From the NCBI GenBank assembly GCA_010015805.1, contig ML978125.1:1612001-1676000 (forward strand): DNA of 64,000 nt, in the 5' to 3' direction. Made by a program: the position numbers and the translations under genes. How positions within the stretch are numbered: position 1 is the first letter of the stretch; each line of letters starts with the position of its first letter. Positions 11,813-24,296 of this stretch are shown piece by piece. This stretch comes from Rhizodiscina lignyota. Its lineage: Eukaryota. The notes below the pieces were generated by a model that made no database searches, was not told the DNA's origin, and was given only the letters and a program-made list of their open reading frames with translations.

Positions 11813-14666
11813 ATGCCGAAGCTGAAAGATCTAAGCTGCTACATTGAGCTTGCCGGCTCCAATGCGAAGCTTCATGAATTCGAACTTTACTACTCCGATG
11901 GCTTCGTCGAGACTTACGTTCCCGTTCCCGATTCGCCATCACCGTTCAGCATTCACTTACAATCACACGAATACATCGCGCCTGGGCTTGCGATGTATGT
12001 ATACATCGATGGGGTGCTGCAATGCAACCGATATCGGCTCAACCTCCCGGTGCCAGATGCAGAATCAACTTCACGAAAGTCACTCGTTGACTTCCGCGTG
12101 CGCCAGAAAGAGGTCCGTCATGGAGAGAGCTTCATTGGCCGCGATTGGTCATTTGACAAGCTAAACATTGGTTAGTTGGCGTTGATGTCTGATGAAGACG
12201 TCTCGATTGGTTGACCTTGCATAGGCGCGGCCGACCAGGCATCCAGGCTCACTGAGGATGTCATGAACAGTATTGGCACGATCGAAGTGGTTGTTTTGCG
12301 CTGTCGTGGCGCATCACATCCTGTGATCCGCTCTGCATCAAGCGCTGTCGTTAAGAAAGGCAATAGCGGTACACAAAAAAAGCAGTCTTGGAAGAAAAAG
12401 CAAGACAGCTCGCCGCCAGCAGATGCGGATGATGATGATTTTGGAGGAGGAATTTTCAGTCTATTCGATGGAGCTGCTGATATACTAGAACCGTCCAGTT
12501 TATTAGACGGCCATCATTCACCTGGACGAAAGGGTCATCGACACAAACATCGTCACAACCGACGGCGCCATGCTCCGCCTAGCTCCAGCTCCAGCTCCAG
12601 CAGCTCCTCTTCTGATGACAATGACAGCAAGGTCTCTGACATACATCGCCGGGGACGGAAAGGAAGATCTTCGAGACGCGATCGACCATATGATTCAAGG
12701 GACCCGCTTGCAGGCTTAAACGAAGCGTTTGCTCGCCAAGGACTTCGCGCCACGTCGGGGCCTCAGAATGACTTTCAGATGTTCGGAGAGTCTCAAGAAC
12801 GCCAAGGACCATCGAGACATAGTGCGCATCCTTCTATTATCCACAACCCTTGGTCACAGAATATAGAGGGCCAGCGTTCGTATCATTCGGTACAGCAAAA
12901 CCCCGACAACTTCTCTCGCCGCAGTAGAAGCAGCAGGCCGCAAGGTATGGAGCAATATGGGCGCAAAAACTCAGGCATTGGCGATACCGCGTATCAAGGA
13001 GGGAATGACAATGTTGGGGATGGTGCTTGGAATCAAAATCAGACTGCTCGACGAGATAGCAATGGATGGTTAGACCCGCCTGCACGTAACCAAGGAAGTG
13101 GATGGGCGAGTGCAAAGCCCAGCGTTGGGGATAAAGGCTCTCGTAGGGTATCAAAATCCGGATGGGATGAGCACCCGCCTGCTCGAAATCAAGGAAGCGG
13201 ATGGGCGAGCGCAAACCCCAGCGTCCGGAACAACGGTTCTCGCAGAGCATCAAAATCCGGATGGGATGAACACCCCCAGAACCAGGGCAACTTTTGGAAC
13301 GATCAGAAACGTAGTGACAATAATCACAATGATAAGACTTGGGCAGACAACGGGAACCAGAATGACTGGAAAGACGCACAGGATGATGCCGGAGGATTGG
13401 ACAATGGAAATAATGGCGGAGGAGACTGGGGTGACGGCGATAATGCCCAAGAGTCTGGTGGAGAAGGCGGTTGGGGCAAGCCTAAGGCTCACAGCAGGCA
13501 CAACTCAGGTGGAGGGTGGAACGATCAGGAGAAGAAGGATGACGGCTGGGGAGGCGGAGGAGGAGGTCAGAACAACGAAAGCGACTGGAACAATGGCCAG
13601 CAGAACAATGATAACGGTTGGGGAAGTGGAGGCGATCAACAGAACAACGATCAGCAAGGCGGTGGCGACAACCGTGGCGGCAATGACAACAACCAAGGCG
13701 ATGGGTGGAATACTAACGATCAGCAAAATGGCGGCGAAAATTGGGGAAGCAATGATAACAATGAAGGTGGTGAATTGGATACGAACAACCAACAGAATGG
13801 CGACGAGAATTGGGAAGGTGACAACCAAGGCGGAGGCTGGGATAACGGGAATCAGAACGCAAATGACACCAACTGGGATAACCAAGGCACCAACAACCAA
13901 GGAGGTTGGGTCGAAGACGACCGTAGGAGCCACAAGAGCCATCGCAGTGGCCGCCATCACCATGACGCCAGATCACAAACTGCTGTCAAGAACTATGACC
14001 ACTACATTAAGCCTTATTTTACGTCTTGGAATCAGTGCGCTATTCGACCTTCATCCGCGAAGTTCCACTACCGCAGCAGTAGTCGCGGTAGACGAGCAAG
14101 TGAACTATACATTTGCCCCGAAGAGCCTCTGTACACCGTACCGGAGGACTGTGACCTGGTTCGCGAGCGCGGCGTCCAGCACCAAGTTCGCATCGGACCT
14201 GGCTCAGAGTATGTTCACAAGACGGGCAGGCCGACCTATCTTGATACGATGACCAATCCGTATGCGGTGTTTCGATTCAATTATCGAAGTCACGACGAGC
14301 TGAAGAGGATGTTTGATTTGAAGGATGATGAGTTTCAAGAACATGCAGAAGAGGCGAGGGATAGATTGGCTTCGATGTCCAGGGACGAGTTGATTGCGGA
14401 GCTGCTGACGGAGAAGGTATGCCATTTCAATCTCAACAGAAAGGTTTTCGTCAGCTAACATGGGACAGGGCTTGAATGACTCTCGCGATGTGAGCGTAAA
14501 TGGCTCACAGAACAAAGAGAAGCAGGGAGATGGTCAGAATAGTGGTGGCAATTCTGGCGGAGACAATGGCTGGAATACCTCTGGAGGCAATGATAATGGA
14601 AACGATGGATGGAACACTTCTGGAGGCAATGACAATGGTAATGATCAATGGCAGTGGCATGATTGA
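11813..14666 (+). CDS. Hypothetical ~915-aa protein: folded N- and C-terminal segments (DUF7918-like by recall) flanking a GW/WG- and Asn/Gly/Asp-rich low-complexity region
   Basis: ORFs 11804-12175, 12263-14458 and 14460-14666 are joined in frame by canonical introns ~12171-12224 and ~14418-14469. Confidence 0.8.
13076..13273 (+). repeat. Coding tandem duplication, 2 x 99 bp (33 aa, PPARNQGSGWASA.PSV...GSRR.SKSGWDEH)
   Basis: Units start at 13076 and 13175, visible directly in DNA and protein. Confidence 0.92.
14568..14645 (+). repeat. Coding tandem duplication, 2 x 39 bp (GWNTSGGNDNGND)
   Basis: Units start at 14568 and 14607. Confidence 0.9.
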
Positions 14667-15055
14667 TGAAACACCTTTGGAAGGGCAAATTGGTAGGCCT
14701 GGAAAAACCTCAAATCTTAAGATGAGGCTCGTGAGGAACTGGGAAAGCTCCTGGCAAGTTGAGCTGCAGTTGGCGAACAATTGATAAAATGTAAAATACT
14801 CATAATACGATGGCTTTGGACTCCAAATTTTCTCAACCCAACTGAAGATAATAAGACAGCTAACCGTGATGGAAGTCTGACAAGGTGATCTCTTCAGCTC
14901 AAACGAGAGCATCGGTGAAACGCTAGCCGGCATTTACTACGATTGCACGACTTTAATGAACATCATTTGTATTCCTCAGCAGCACGATGTATTGTGTACA
15001 ATGGCACGCCCTCGAGGGATATGCTGTGTAAGCCCGGTCCTACTTCAACTGCACA

Positions 15056-16570
15056 TCAAACTTTTCGCCATGCAACTTCCTCTGGCAAGCGAAAGCTCGC
15101 GCAAAACATTCTTTTCTTTGGTGCAACATCTCTGACATCGTGGATTATGACTTCGGGATCAGTGCGTTTGATATCGGTGCCTAGCTGCTTCGAAACTTCC
15201 TCGCAAATCCTGATCTCTTCTTCAGTATTGTCATCTCTTTTATTTTCGGGTTTGAGCCCAAATGTGTGGACGTGAATCATTGGGAGGGGCAAATCCGGAT
15301 GATTCGACGAGGAAGTTGAGTAATCCGGAAAGAGTGATGAATAGAGACCGATAAAGGACGGCAGGAAGGTGATTGCAGTAGCTGGTAGATTCATGACGAA
15401 GTGAGAGAATGTTTTCGGTTGATGAAGGACTTTTGCTGGAGGTATTGGGGAGTTCGCTTCCTTGACGACAGATTTTGACATCCGCTTGATCGGCTTTTCG
15501 CCTAAGGTTACCGTGCGCGAGCTGTTTTCTGCGTATAATCTTGCGGTAGCAGTACGTATGAATTCGCGTCCATCTTCATTGAATGCCTGCACGAAATTCC
15601 AGACTTTATTCCGCTGTATAGCATCGACAAGGTACGAGTAACTGTCCGGATTCAAATCGTTCGCCCATACGAAGGCATTCTTCTTCCCTGCGGGAACCGC
15701 AAATGGGCCAACGCCGGCCATGACATCGCACACGGCTTCACCTTCCTTGAATAGTTCGGTCAGACGATGATGCTCGGTGTTGAGCCGGCTGTTCCAGTAT
15801 ACTTTAGAGTAATCGAAGCGAAAGATGCATTCCTCTTCTTTTATTTCCACGTTTAGATCATCGGGGCCGGCCAACACCTCATAAGCGAACGTCCGGTATT
15901 CATTCTCTTCACCAACATTCTGAATCTTGTTGATCACAGTCTTGATCTGGGGATTCTTGTCGAGAATGACTTGTGCGATGAGATGTTTGTATGGCAAAGA
16001 GTGATCGCGGAGGTTCAGATGTGCGATGTGGCCTGCTACATTGAATCCGCTTGGGATCTCGTCCAGCTCATCTTCTGGAAGAACAGAAGATATAATATCA
16101 TCTGTAACTGTCAGAACCGGGTCTAAAGGAAGGAGAGGGATTCGAACAATATGTCCAGTAATCATAATCTAATTCAAGATTATATGGGATGATTTTAATT
16201 TTTGTCTGCTCAACCAATTCTTGGATAGTTGGACTCCATGTCGACGGATCTATCTGTTCTGATCAGTTTAAAGGCCTGAGGTACAGTTTTGCTGTTGCTG
16301 AGATATATAAATACCGTCGACTTTCAGTCCTGGACGTAACAGAAGACATTTTTGGCCCTTCTGAGCGATTTCCGCATTCGGGTCAGGGCGTATTGAGCTC
16401 AATCTCTCCATCACGAACGCGTCCTCACTCTTCTGTAGCCGATGTCGAAATGAAGAAATATCCTTGTTATTAGCTATCCTTGCAGCAGCTATTGGTATCT
16501 GCCTGCGAAAGAAAGCACGGTCGAGCGTGCGCATAGCACGATTTACGGGGGGTCGCATCTCCTCGTACAT
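15056..16570 (-). CDS. TRM5: tRNA (guanine(37)-N1)-methyltransferase Trm5
   Basis: RPPVNRAMRTLDRAFF, GHIAHLNLR, FDYSKVYWNSRLNTEH, CDVMAGVGPFAVPA, ANDLNP, HFVMNLP and VRDVAPKKRMFCASFRLP; two introns near 16315 and 16165. Confidence 0.93.
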
Positions 16571-16927
16571 GATTCGGGACGAGGCATCACCGAGTTTCAA
16601 GAGGTTCCATGACCTGTCAAAGACGGTTCCCGTCAGAAATTGCGCTGTCCTCTCTCGTGTGACTGTAGAGAAAAGTTTCGGGTCTCAGCCAACGAGCCAC
16701 AGCTGGGACTCATCCGCTGCAGGGACTAGCCCTGCGTGGCGCGTGCATGGGGGGCCCCAGCACTGCCGTCATTCTCTTAAACAATCAACGGCCAACTTTC
16801 TCAACACCGCGCAAACGCGCTCATCCACGCGACTTTCGAGCTATGCTGGCCTGAGACCAGCCCTCCAACAGCATCTTGATAGCGGGAAAGACTTCGCAAC
16901 GCCCGCGGCAGGCGCCGGCGCATCAAT

Positions 16928-19900
16928 ATGGCGACCGCCGGGGGGAACATCAAGGTCGTGGTGAGGGTGCGGCCCTTCAACAGCAGAGGTACGCGATACA
17001 CCTTGATTTCCGCCTTTGAGACATACTGATACCTCACAGAAATTGACCGCCAGGCAAAATGTATCGTGTCGATGAAAAACAACCAGACCGTCCTCACTCC
17101 GCCCTCGTCGATCGACTCGAAATCAAAAAACGCCAAGGCAGCATTGGAAGGCACAAAGACATTCGCGTTCGATAGAAGCTACTGGTCTTTCAATCGGGGC
17201 GACTCTCACTTTGCTGGTCAAGAGGATCTCTTCGATGATTTGGGACGACCGCTACTCGACAATGCCTTTCAAGGCTACAACAACTGTATCTTCGCATATG
17301 GCCAGACCGGCTCGGGAAAGTCATACTCGATGATGGGATATGGCGAGGAATATGGTGTCATACCTAGGATATGCAAGGACATGTTCGACCGGATGGATAA
17401 GGTGCACGAAGACAAGAATTTGCAGTGCACTGTGGAGGTCTCATATCTGGAAATCTACAATGAGCGCGTTCGTGATTTGCTCAATCCTGCGACGAAAGGC
17501 AACCTCAGAGTGCGAGAGCATCCGTCAACTGGTCCTTATGTTGAAGATCTCGCGAAGCTGGCGGTCCAGTCGTTTCAGGAGATCGAGAACCTAATGGACG
17601 AGGGCAACAAAGCCAGAACAGTGGCGGCGACGAACATGAACGAGACCTCCAGTCGATCGCATGCTGTCTTCACTCTCACCCTTACACAGAAGCGTCACGA
17701 CATAGAGACGCGCATGGATACTGAAAAGGTTGCAAAGATCAGCTTGGTGGACTTAGCAGGTTCAGAGAGAGCAACATCCACTGGCGCAACGGGGGCGCGT
17801 TTGAAGGAGGGTGCTGAGATTAATCGATCATTGTCGACACTAGGACGAGTCATCGCGTCACTGGCAGACCAGTCTACCGGGAAGAAAAAGGGCACACAAG
17901 TACCATACCGAGATTCCGTCTTGACATGGCTCCTCAAAGATTCGCTTGGAGGAAATAGCTTGACAGCTATGATTGCAGCCATATCTCCAGCCGATATCAA
18001 CTTTGAAGAGACCTTATCAACGTTACGATATGCAGACTCTGCCAAGAGGATCAAGAATCATGCTGTCGTAAATGAGGACCCGAACGCGCGCATGATTCGT
18101 GAGCTCAAAGAGGAACTTGCTCAGCTTCGTGCGAAGCTCAGTGGTGGGGGTGGAGCTGGCGGTGTGCCTGCTGAAGAGCAGTACGCGCCAGACACACCAC
18201 TAGAACAACAGATTGTGTCCATCACGCAGTCCGACGGCTCTGTCAAGAAAGTGTCCAAAGCCGAGATTGCGGAACAACTCAGTCAGTCCGAAAAGCTGTA
18301 CAAAGACCTCAACCAAACCTGGGAGGAGAAACTCCAACACACAGAGCAAATACACAAGGAGCGCGAGCAGGCATTGGAAGACCTTGGTATTAGTATCGAA
18401 AAAGGTTTCGTCGGCATGTCAACACCAAAGAAGATGCCTCACCTGGTCAATCTCAGCGATGATCCACTTCTTGCTGAATGCCTTGTCTACAACTTGAAGC
18501 CGGGCGCTACTACAGTCGGCAATGTTGACACCGCCACGAGCGCGGAGATTATCCTGAATGGGACAAAGATATTGCAGGATCATTGTACCTTCGAGAATGT
18601 AGATGGGGCTGTCACGGTCGTACCAAAGGACAACGCGGCTGTGATGGTGAATGGCGTGCGCATTGAGAAACCGAAACGCTTGCGCAGCGGTTACCGTATT
18701 ATTTTGGGCGACTTCCATATTTTCCGGTTTAATAACCCGCAGGAAGCGCAGAAGGAGCGAGCCGAACAGGGAAGTTTACTTCGACATTCGATTAATGTAA
18801 GCGACCTCGATAATGTGGATGCGGACTCTCCATCTCCATCTGGCAGGCCCAACCACGAGCGCTCATTGAGCAATTTCGACTTCTCGGGGATGGAATCTGA
18901 CTTCGAGAGCACTAGAGGCGCATCGCCTGCGCCTGATAGACCTGGCGCACAGTCTGATTGGTCATTTGCCAGAAGAGAAGCAGTATCGGTTGTCCTTGGC
19001 GGAGACCAGAAGATCTCGGCCTTGACTGATGACGAACTGGACGTTCTCTTCGAAGATCTGCAGCGTGTGAGAGCGGGTCGCAAAGGCCGACCGGAGAGCA
19101 AACTCTTTAGCGGGACGGATGACGACTCTGATTCAGTGACAACATTTCCAATCAGGGAGAAGTATGCTTCTAATGGCACACTAGACAACTTTTCGTTGGA
19201 TACTGTGCTGACGGTCCCATCCACTCCTCGCGCTGGTGAAGAAGATGACCGGTTAAGGCTGGTACGGGAAGAGATGCAGACTGAACTCAACAAGCAAAAG
19301 GAAGAGTTCCAAGAAAAGCTGAAAGCTGCAGAAGAGTCGAATGTCGAGGTGGAAGAAATCAAAGCCGAGAAGGCAAAGATGGTGGAAAGCCTGCAAGCCG
19401 TGAAAGAGGAGATGCAACAGAAGCTCAAAGAACAAAGAGAAGAGTTCGAGCAACAACTTCTTCAATTACGAAAGTCTCCCTCCGCTTCACAGATACCTGA
19501 TGCCGGTATGTTGGAGGAGCAACAGCTTGAGAAGATTCGTCGAGTTCTGGACCGGTGGCAGCAGCGCAGATATGTCTCCATGGCCGAGACTGTTCTGCGC
19601 AATGCCGCTTTACTCAAGGAAGTGCAAGTAATGAGCCAACAGATGGACAAGCATGTGGTCTTCCAACTTTGCGTTGTCGACATTGGTCACACTTTCGCTT
19701 CGTCCTACGATTTAGTACTAAGCGGCATCCCGACTGAAGATGACGAGGATCTCGACGTGACTCCAAAACCATGCATTGGAGTACGAGTCATTGACTTCAA
19801 GAATCACGTGGTCCACCTGTGGTCGCTTCAGAAACTCCGAAAGCGGCTGCGCGTCATGAGAGAGATGCAACAGTATATCCATCATCCCGACTACAAGCAG

Positions 19901-21931
19901 CACTTTCGACTCGAAAATCCCTTCTCGGAGTCCTGCCTCCCGCAGTACTCTAGAATTGGGGATGCTGATGTCTCATTAACTGCCGTCTTTGAGGCTCGAG
20001 TACAGGACTTCTCCCTGGACATTGTGTCGCCATATACGTCGAATGCCATTGGCATGATTCGTATATCACTTGAACCCTCTTCAGCGGAGACGCCATCTTC
20101 GACAATGAAGTTCAACGTTGTCATGCATGACATGATTGGCTTTCCGGAGCGTGAAGGAACAGAAGTTCACGCTCAGCTGTTTATACCTGGCGTATCTGAT
20201 GAAGGTGGGGCTGCTACCACAATGATGGTTAAGGACTTCGATGAAGGACCAGTGCGCTTCGGAAGTGTTCACAGCATGAGTCTACCCTTCGACGCACCCC
20301 GAACCGCTTCACTACGCATTGCGATTTTTGCAAAAGTCACGAACATGCATTTGGACAAACTTCTCAGTTGGGATGACATGCGAGATGCTCCGCTCCGACC
20401 CTCCAAGAAGCGTCATCATCCTCGCTTGCCAGAATCGGAGTTTTACACTGAAGAGAAGCACGATATCTTCGCGCACATACAGCTTCATGAGATCTCGGAG
20501 GAAGGGACGTATCAGCCGACAGAAGTCATGCAGACTGGGGCGACAGATTCAGGAGCTTATCAACTGCACCAAGGCTTGCAGCGTCGAGTTACGATCAGCC
20601 TCACACAGAATTCTGGACAAGCGCTCCCTTGGGGCGGCCTAAAGAGCCTTCGTATCGGACATGTTCGATTGATTGATGCACATGGAAAAGCTTCTGATGT
20701 GGAGACGAAGCAGGCTGATGTACCTGTAAAGCTTACTTCACTGCCATCGATTGATGACAATCCCGATGGCACCAGCACCTTCTCCTTCACCGGGCAGTGG
20801 GACTCCAGTATGCACTCTTCGCCATTGCTCGATCGTCCCACGCGTGAGGGCTACCGCGTCCAAATTACTTTGTACTTCAACGTCGGTGTCTCAAAACCTG
20901 GTCTTCAAAACGCCCTTCCATTCTCCGTGGATTTGACTCTACAAATCCGTCCTCGAAGCTATGTCCGCCCTTCGTCAATGCTTAGCGCTCTTTTCAATCA
21001 ATCCCGCGTCGTTCATAGCTCGGTCGCTGTATTCTCGGTTGTTTTGCGACCGTCTTCTGCAAAGCGAGCAGCTGATCTGTGGCGCATGGACACGCGCAAC
21101 GACTACGTGAAGGGCGAAGAGCATTTGAGCGGATGGACCCCACGAGGTGTTAGTCTTGTTGAAGATTTTGTGCGCGAGCGAAAGCGGAAGTGGCGCGTCG
21201 CAGAGATCGAAACGGCAAGGGCATTGTGTAGTCCAAGGACATTAGCGCCGCCTGTGCCGAAAATTGATGGCTCTGCCGATGCACCTCTCGATGAGAGACA
21301 AAAAGAATTACTGGCAAAAGTCCTCACGTTATGGCAGTCTGCCTTGGAGACTCCACTGGCAACGCTCTTCAGCCAGTTCCAACAACCCTCCCACCGTGAA
21401 GAAGAAGCAGCCTCTCGCCCATCTTCCTCCCGACAACACGTTAACGGTACCGCTACGCCTAACGAGACACTTTCGAATGGGGGCTCTGGAGCTCAATCAC
21501 CACAGCTACCCGCCCTCCTTCCAACTGTTACGCACATCCCGAAATCACCTATCTGCCAGAAATCTGGCTTCCTCCTCTCTCCTAACGCCGCTCAAGACCG
21601 CTGGGTTCGCCGCTTCGTCGAGTTGCGCCGTCCATACCTGCACATCTACGCTCTACCTGACGGTGATGAGATCAACGCTATTGCGCTGTCGAACGCACGC
21701 ATCGACGCAGAGCCTCAGGTCGCGAAGTTGTTACGGAGAAATACCACAAGAGATGGCAAAGGCATGCAGGTCTTCGCGGTGTTCGCGCCACAGAACGCGT
21801 GGTTGTTTGCGTGTCGCGGTGATAGGGACAAGGCAGAGTGGATATTGAGAATTGACGAGGCGTTCATGGGGAGCGGAATGCAGAGCGCAAGTGGCAGTGG
21901 CAGCGCTGGTGGAAGTGAGGATGGATTTTAA
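16928..21931 (+). CDS. Kinesin-3 motor (Unc104/KIF1 family; motor, FHA and C-terminal PH domains)
   Basis: MATAGGNIKVVVRVRPFNSR, then an intron ~16989-17038. Motor motifs AYGQTGSGKSYSM, NETSSRSHAVF and LVDLAGSER. FHA region PHLVNLSDDPLLAECLVY and PH domain WVRRFVELRRPYLHIY. Confidence 0.95.
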
Positions 21932-22892
21932 GCGGCTCTGAAAAGAGGACTGCGAAAAGGATGATGAGACACGCTCGCTACGATTTACTTTTCTTCATTC
22001 TCCTTCTCGTTTGTACAAACTTTGCACGCGCTTGTACTTGATAGTGGCCGTCGGGCGGCATTTTGACGGCGTCCGCGCGTTCGTACTTTGGACTGGACGA
22101 TACCCCCAAGTTGTTTTTGGATAGTTAGAGATAGCTGTCCCCAATTTAGTGCTTACCAATCTTACCACTGAAGTCGCTTTTTGCAACAGCGTCCATGCCA
22201 CTATAAGGTTTATGTGCAAGAAGAGGTTGAGGATGAATTATATCATTCATCTTCCGAACTGTGAGGGGCTAGATACATGCTTGCTGAGGCGAAACATTCG
22301 ATGAAGAAATGAAATGAGCAAATGAGTGACTATAGTTGGAAAAAGCAAAGGGTAATGGGCGCCATTCCGAGCGAGTCCGCTCAATACCTTCCACCATATC
22401 CTCCACCGCAGCATTTCCCAAGTCCCAACCACTCCAGGCTTTCCAGTACCTTCATTTCCGCTCGGTCAGTCGACGCTTCCGCTCAGATGGCTTGGCTTGC
22501 GAGATTGATGCCGGTGTTCCAGTTCTGCTTAGATGCTTTCCTTGACTTCCATTGGCCTTGGGGAGTCCCGGAGACGGCGAACGTGCCAAGAAAGACAAGA
22601 GGTAGCAGGATGGGTAGCACAGAATAGGTTTGACTTCGATTCCCAAAACCAGGTAGGGCCTAATTGAAAGCGCCTTTCAGGAGATGTGCGCAGTCCAGAA
22701 CGGCACATGTGGCAGTCCACAAGATGGGCGTAGTATCGAACTTGGCAAATTTGAAGTCGTGCGGGCAATTGCTGAAGGCTGGTGTTTTGATCCAGAAGAT
22801 GTCGAGAGACCTTCGGCATAGTGCGAGAGCACCAAACAGATGCTGCGAGGAAAGGTGTTGATTTTCAGGCGTCCGCTACCTTGTTGCATCAG

Positions 22893-23373
22893 CCTCACCG
22901 CCTGCTGCCACAGGGCAGACACGGCAGAGATCACTGAACTCTTCATGGTGTAAGGGAGCTTCAAGACCAGGTGCAGATTTTCAGGAGTCGCGGGGTTGAC
23001 TACACTTTGTTGTAACGCCGCAACTACCTCACCGCTTGCTACCAGGAGGCAGACACGGCAGAGATCGCTTAACTCTCTTGGTTGAAACAAAGGAGGCGAT
23101 GCCTCCTTGAATATTCCGTATTGATCGTGTTTGGCTCCAGCCTGGAGCCACTAGACCAATGAAGAATGATGTGAGGGAACTGGTTCCGGAATGAGAGGGA
23201 CGGTCCGGCCTTGTCGTAAGATGGGCTGGCACAGCCTATCTCAAAAAGATTGCAGATTTTCCAGAGGCGACAGAGATTGTAGCAAGTAAACTGAGGCACC
23301 TTATCAGTTGTTACTCGCCGAAACCTCTGCCGCTTGCACGCCATTTCAGACGCAGGGATCGCTTAACCCTCTT
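22893..23373. repeat. Diverged direct repeats (40-bp core, 134-bp spacing, plus a partial third copy)
   Basis: 22893-22932 vs 23027-23066 differ at 5 of 40 positions, and the last 19 nt are identical. 23058-23079 vs 23352-23373 match at 20 of 22. Confidence 0.8.
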
Positions 23374-24268
23374 TCTTTGTGAAAGTTCCCGAAAGCTGGC
23401 AAAGGCGGCCCGGGGTAAAAATCATCTGATGATCTTCAGCTGATCTGTTGAGCAGTGGAACAGTAGCGACGCGAACCAGGTGTTTGCGAAGGACCAGCAG
23501 ATGAAATTGCTATTCGGCGTCCGCACCCTCATAGCATCTGGTGCGGCCAATAGCGCTTGTCGTCACCGTTTCGAGAACAGCGGGTACCGAACGGCACAAA
23601 ATGTGAGTCCCTTCACAGAGTCGGGATGCCTGAAATCATGGCGATCTTGCTTTCCTCTAGTGTGTTACGGATTGCGTGCCGAAGGAATTGGCTGGGGCGT
23701 CGCTCTGAATGGATTGTGGGGCTCGACTGAGTTGAGGATTGAGAGCGAGCAATGGGGATTACTCTCATGTTGCAGTCGTCGTCTCCGCTAGCTGGTCGAA
23801 AAGGGACAGAGAATGTGATCTCGTTCAAAGGGGATAGGTATAGGAAGGAGTCAGTGGACCCCCCTAGAACAGGCAGTATCGTGATCCAGATGGATTCATG
23901 TGGAAAGATCTGAGGTTGCCTTGGGTCAGCGACTGCTGCAGAGTTGGCACTTATCAGTGCGTGGACCGCGAAGTGTTTGGAAGGCGAGATCCGATGTATT
24001 CGTATTCGTTGCGTCGGTTGGCTTGTCGAGGAAAAGCAAGGAATGCGCAAATTCCAGGCTTAGGATTGAGTTTGTATGATGAAAATCGGGGTTTACCCGC
24101 AAACTAACGTCTCCATGACGCCAGCTTAACTTGGCTGATTGGCCAACAAGAACATAGAGAGAGTTCCGTTCGCCATTGATGTATTGCTTTGTGAAGGTTG
24201 TTGTATAATTTACCGAGGTGCGGGACGGGCACCTGATGAAAGTCCCATCAAAACTGGAGAGGGGAAGT

Positions 24269-24296
24269 GACTTACCTGTCTTGAGACAGGTAAGTC
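24269..24296. repeat. Perfect inverted repeat GACTTACCTGTC-TTGA-GACAGGTAAGTC
   Basis: 12-bp arms with a 4-nt spacer, read directly. Confidence 0.9.

Noticed and set aside
13098..14252. 384-aa alternative-frame ORF and antisense ORFs over the GW-rich gene
   Set aside because: Shadow ORFs expected from repetitive GGN/AAC/GAC codons; the same explanation applies to antisense ORFs over the kinesin, PSO2, RPN10 and PMT4.
16571..16684. Non-AUG mitochondrial targeting extension of TRM5
   Set aside because: The frame is open for ~38 codons, but the peptide contains acidic residues and lacks clear presequence character.
24074..24138. Box C/D snoRNA (ATGATGA...CTGA)
   Set aside because: No terminal stem and no rRNA-complementary guide I could recognise; the same bases fit a short intron equally well.
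24233..24270. Hammerhead ribozyme core (CTGATGA)
   Set aside because: No stem II followed by GAAA and no matching stems I/III; the same applies to the other CTGATGA hits I inspected.
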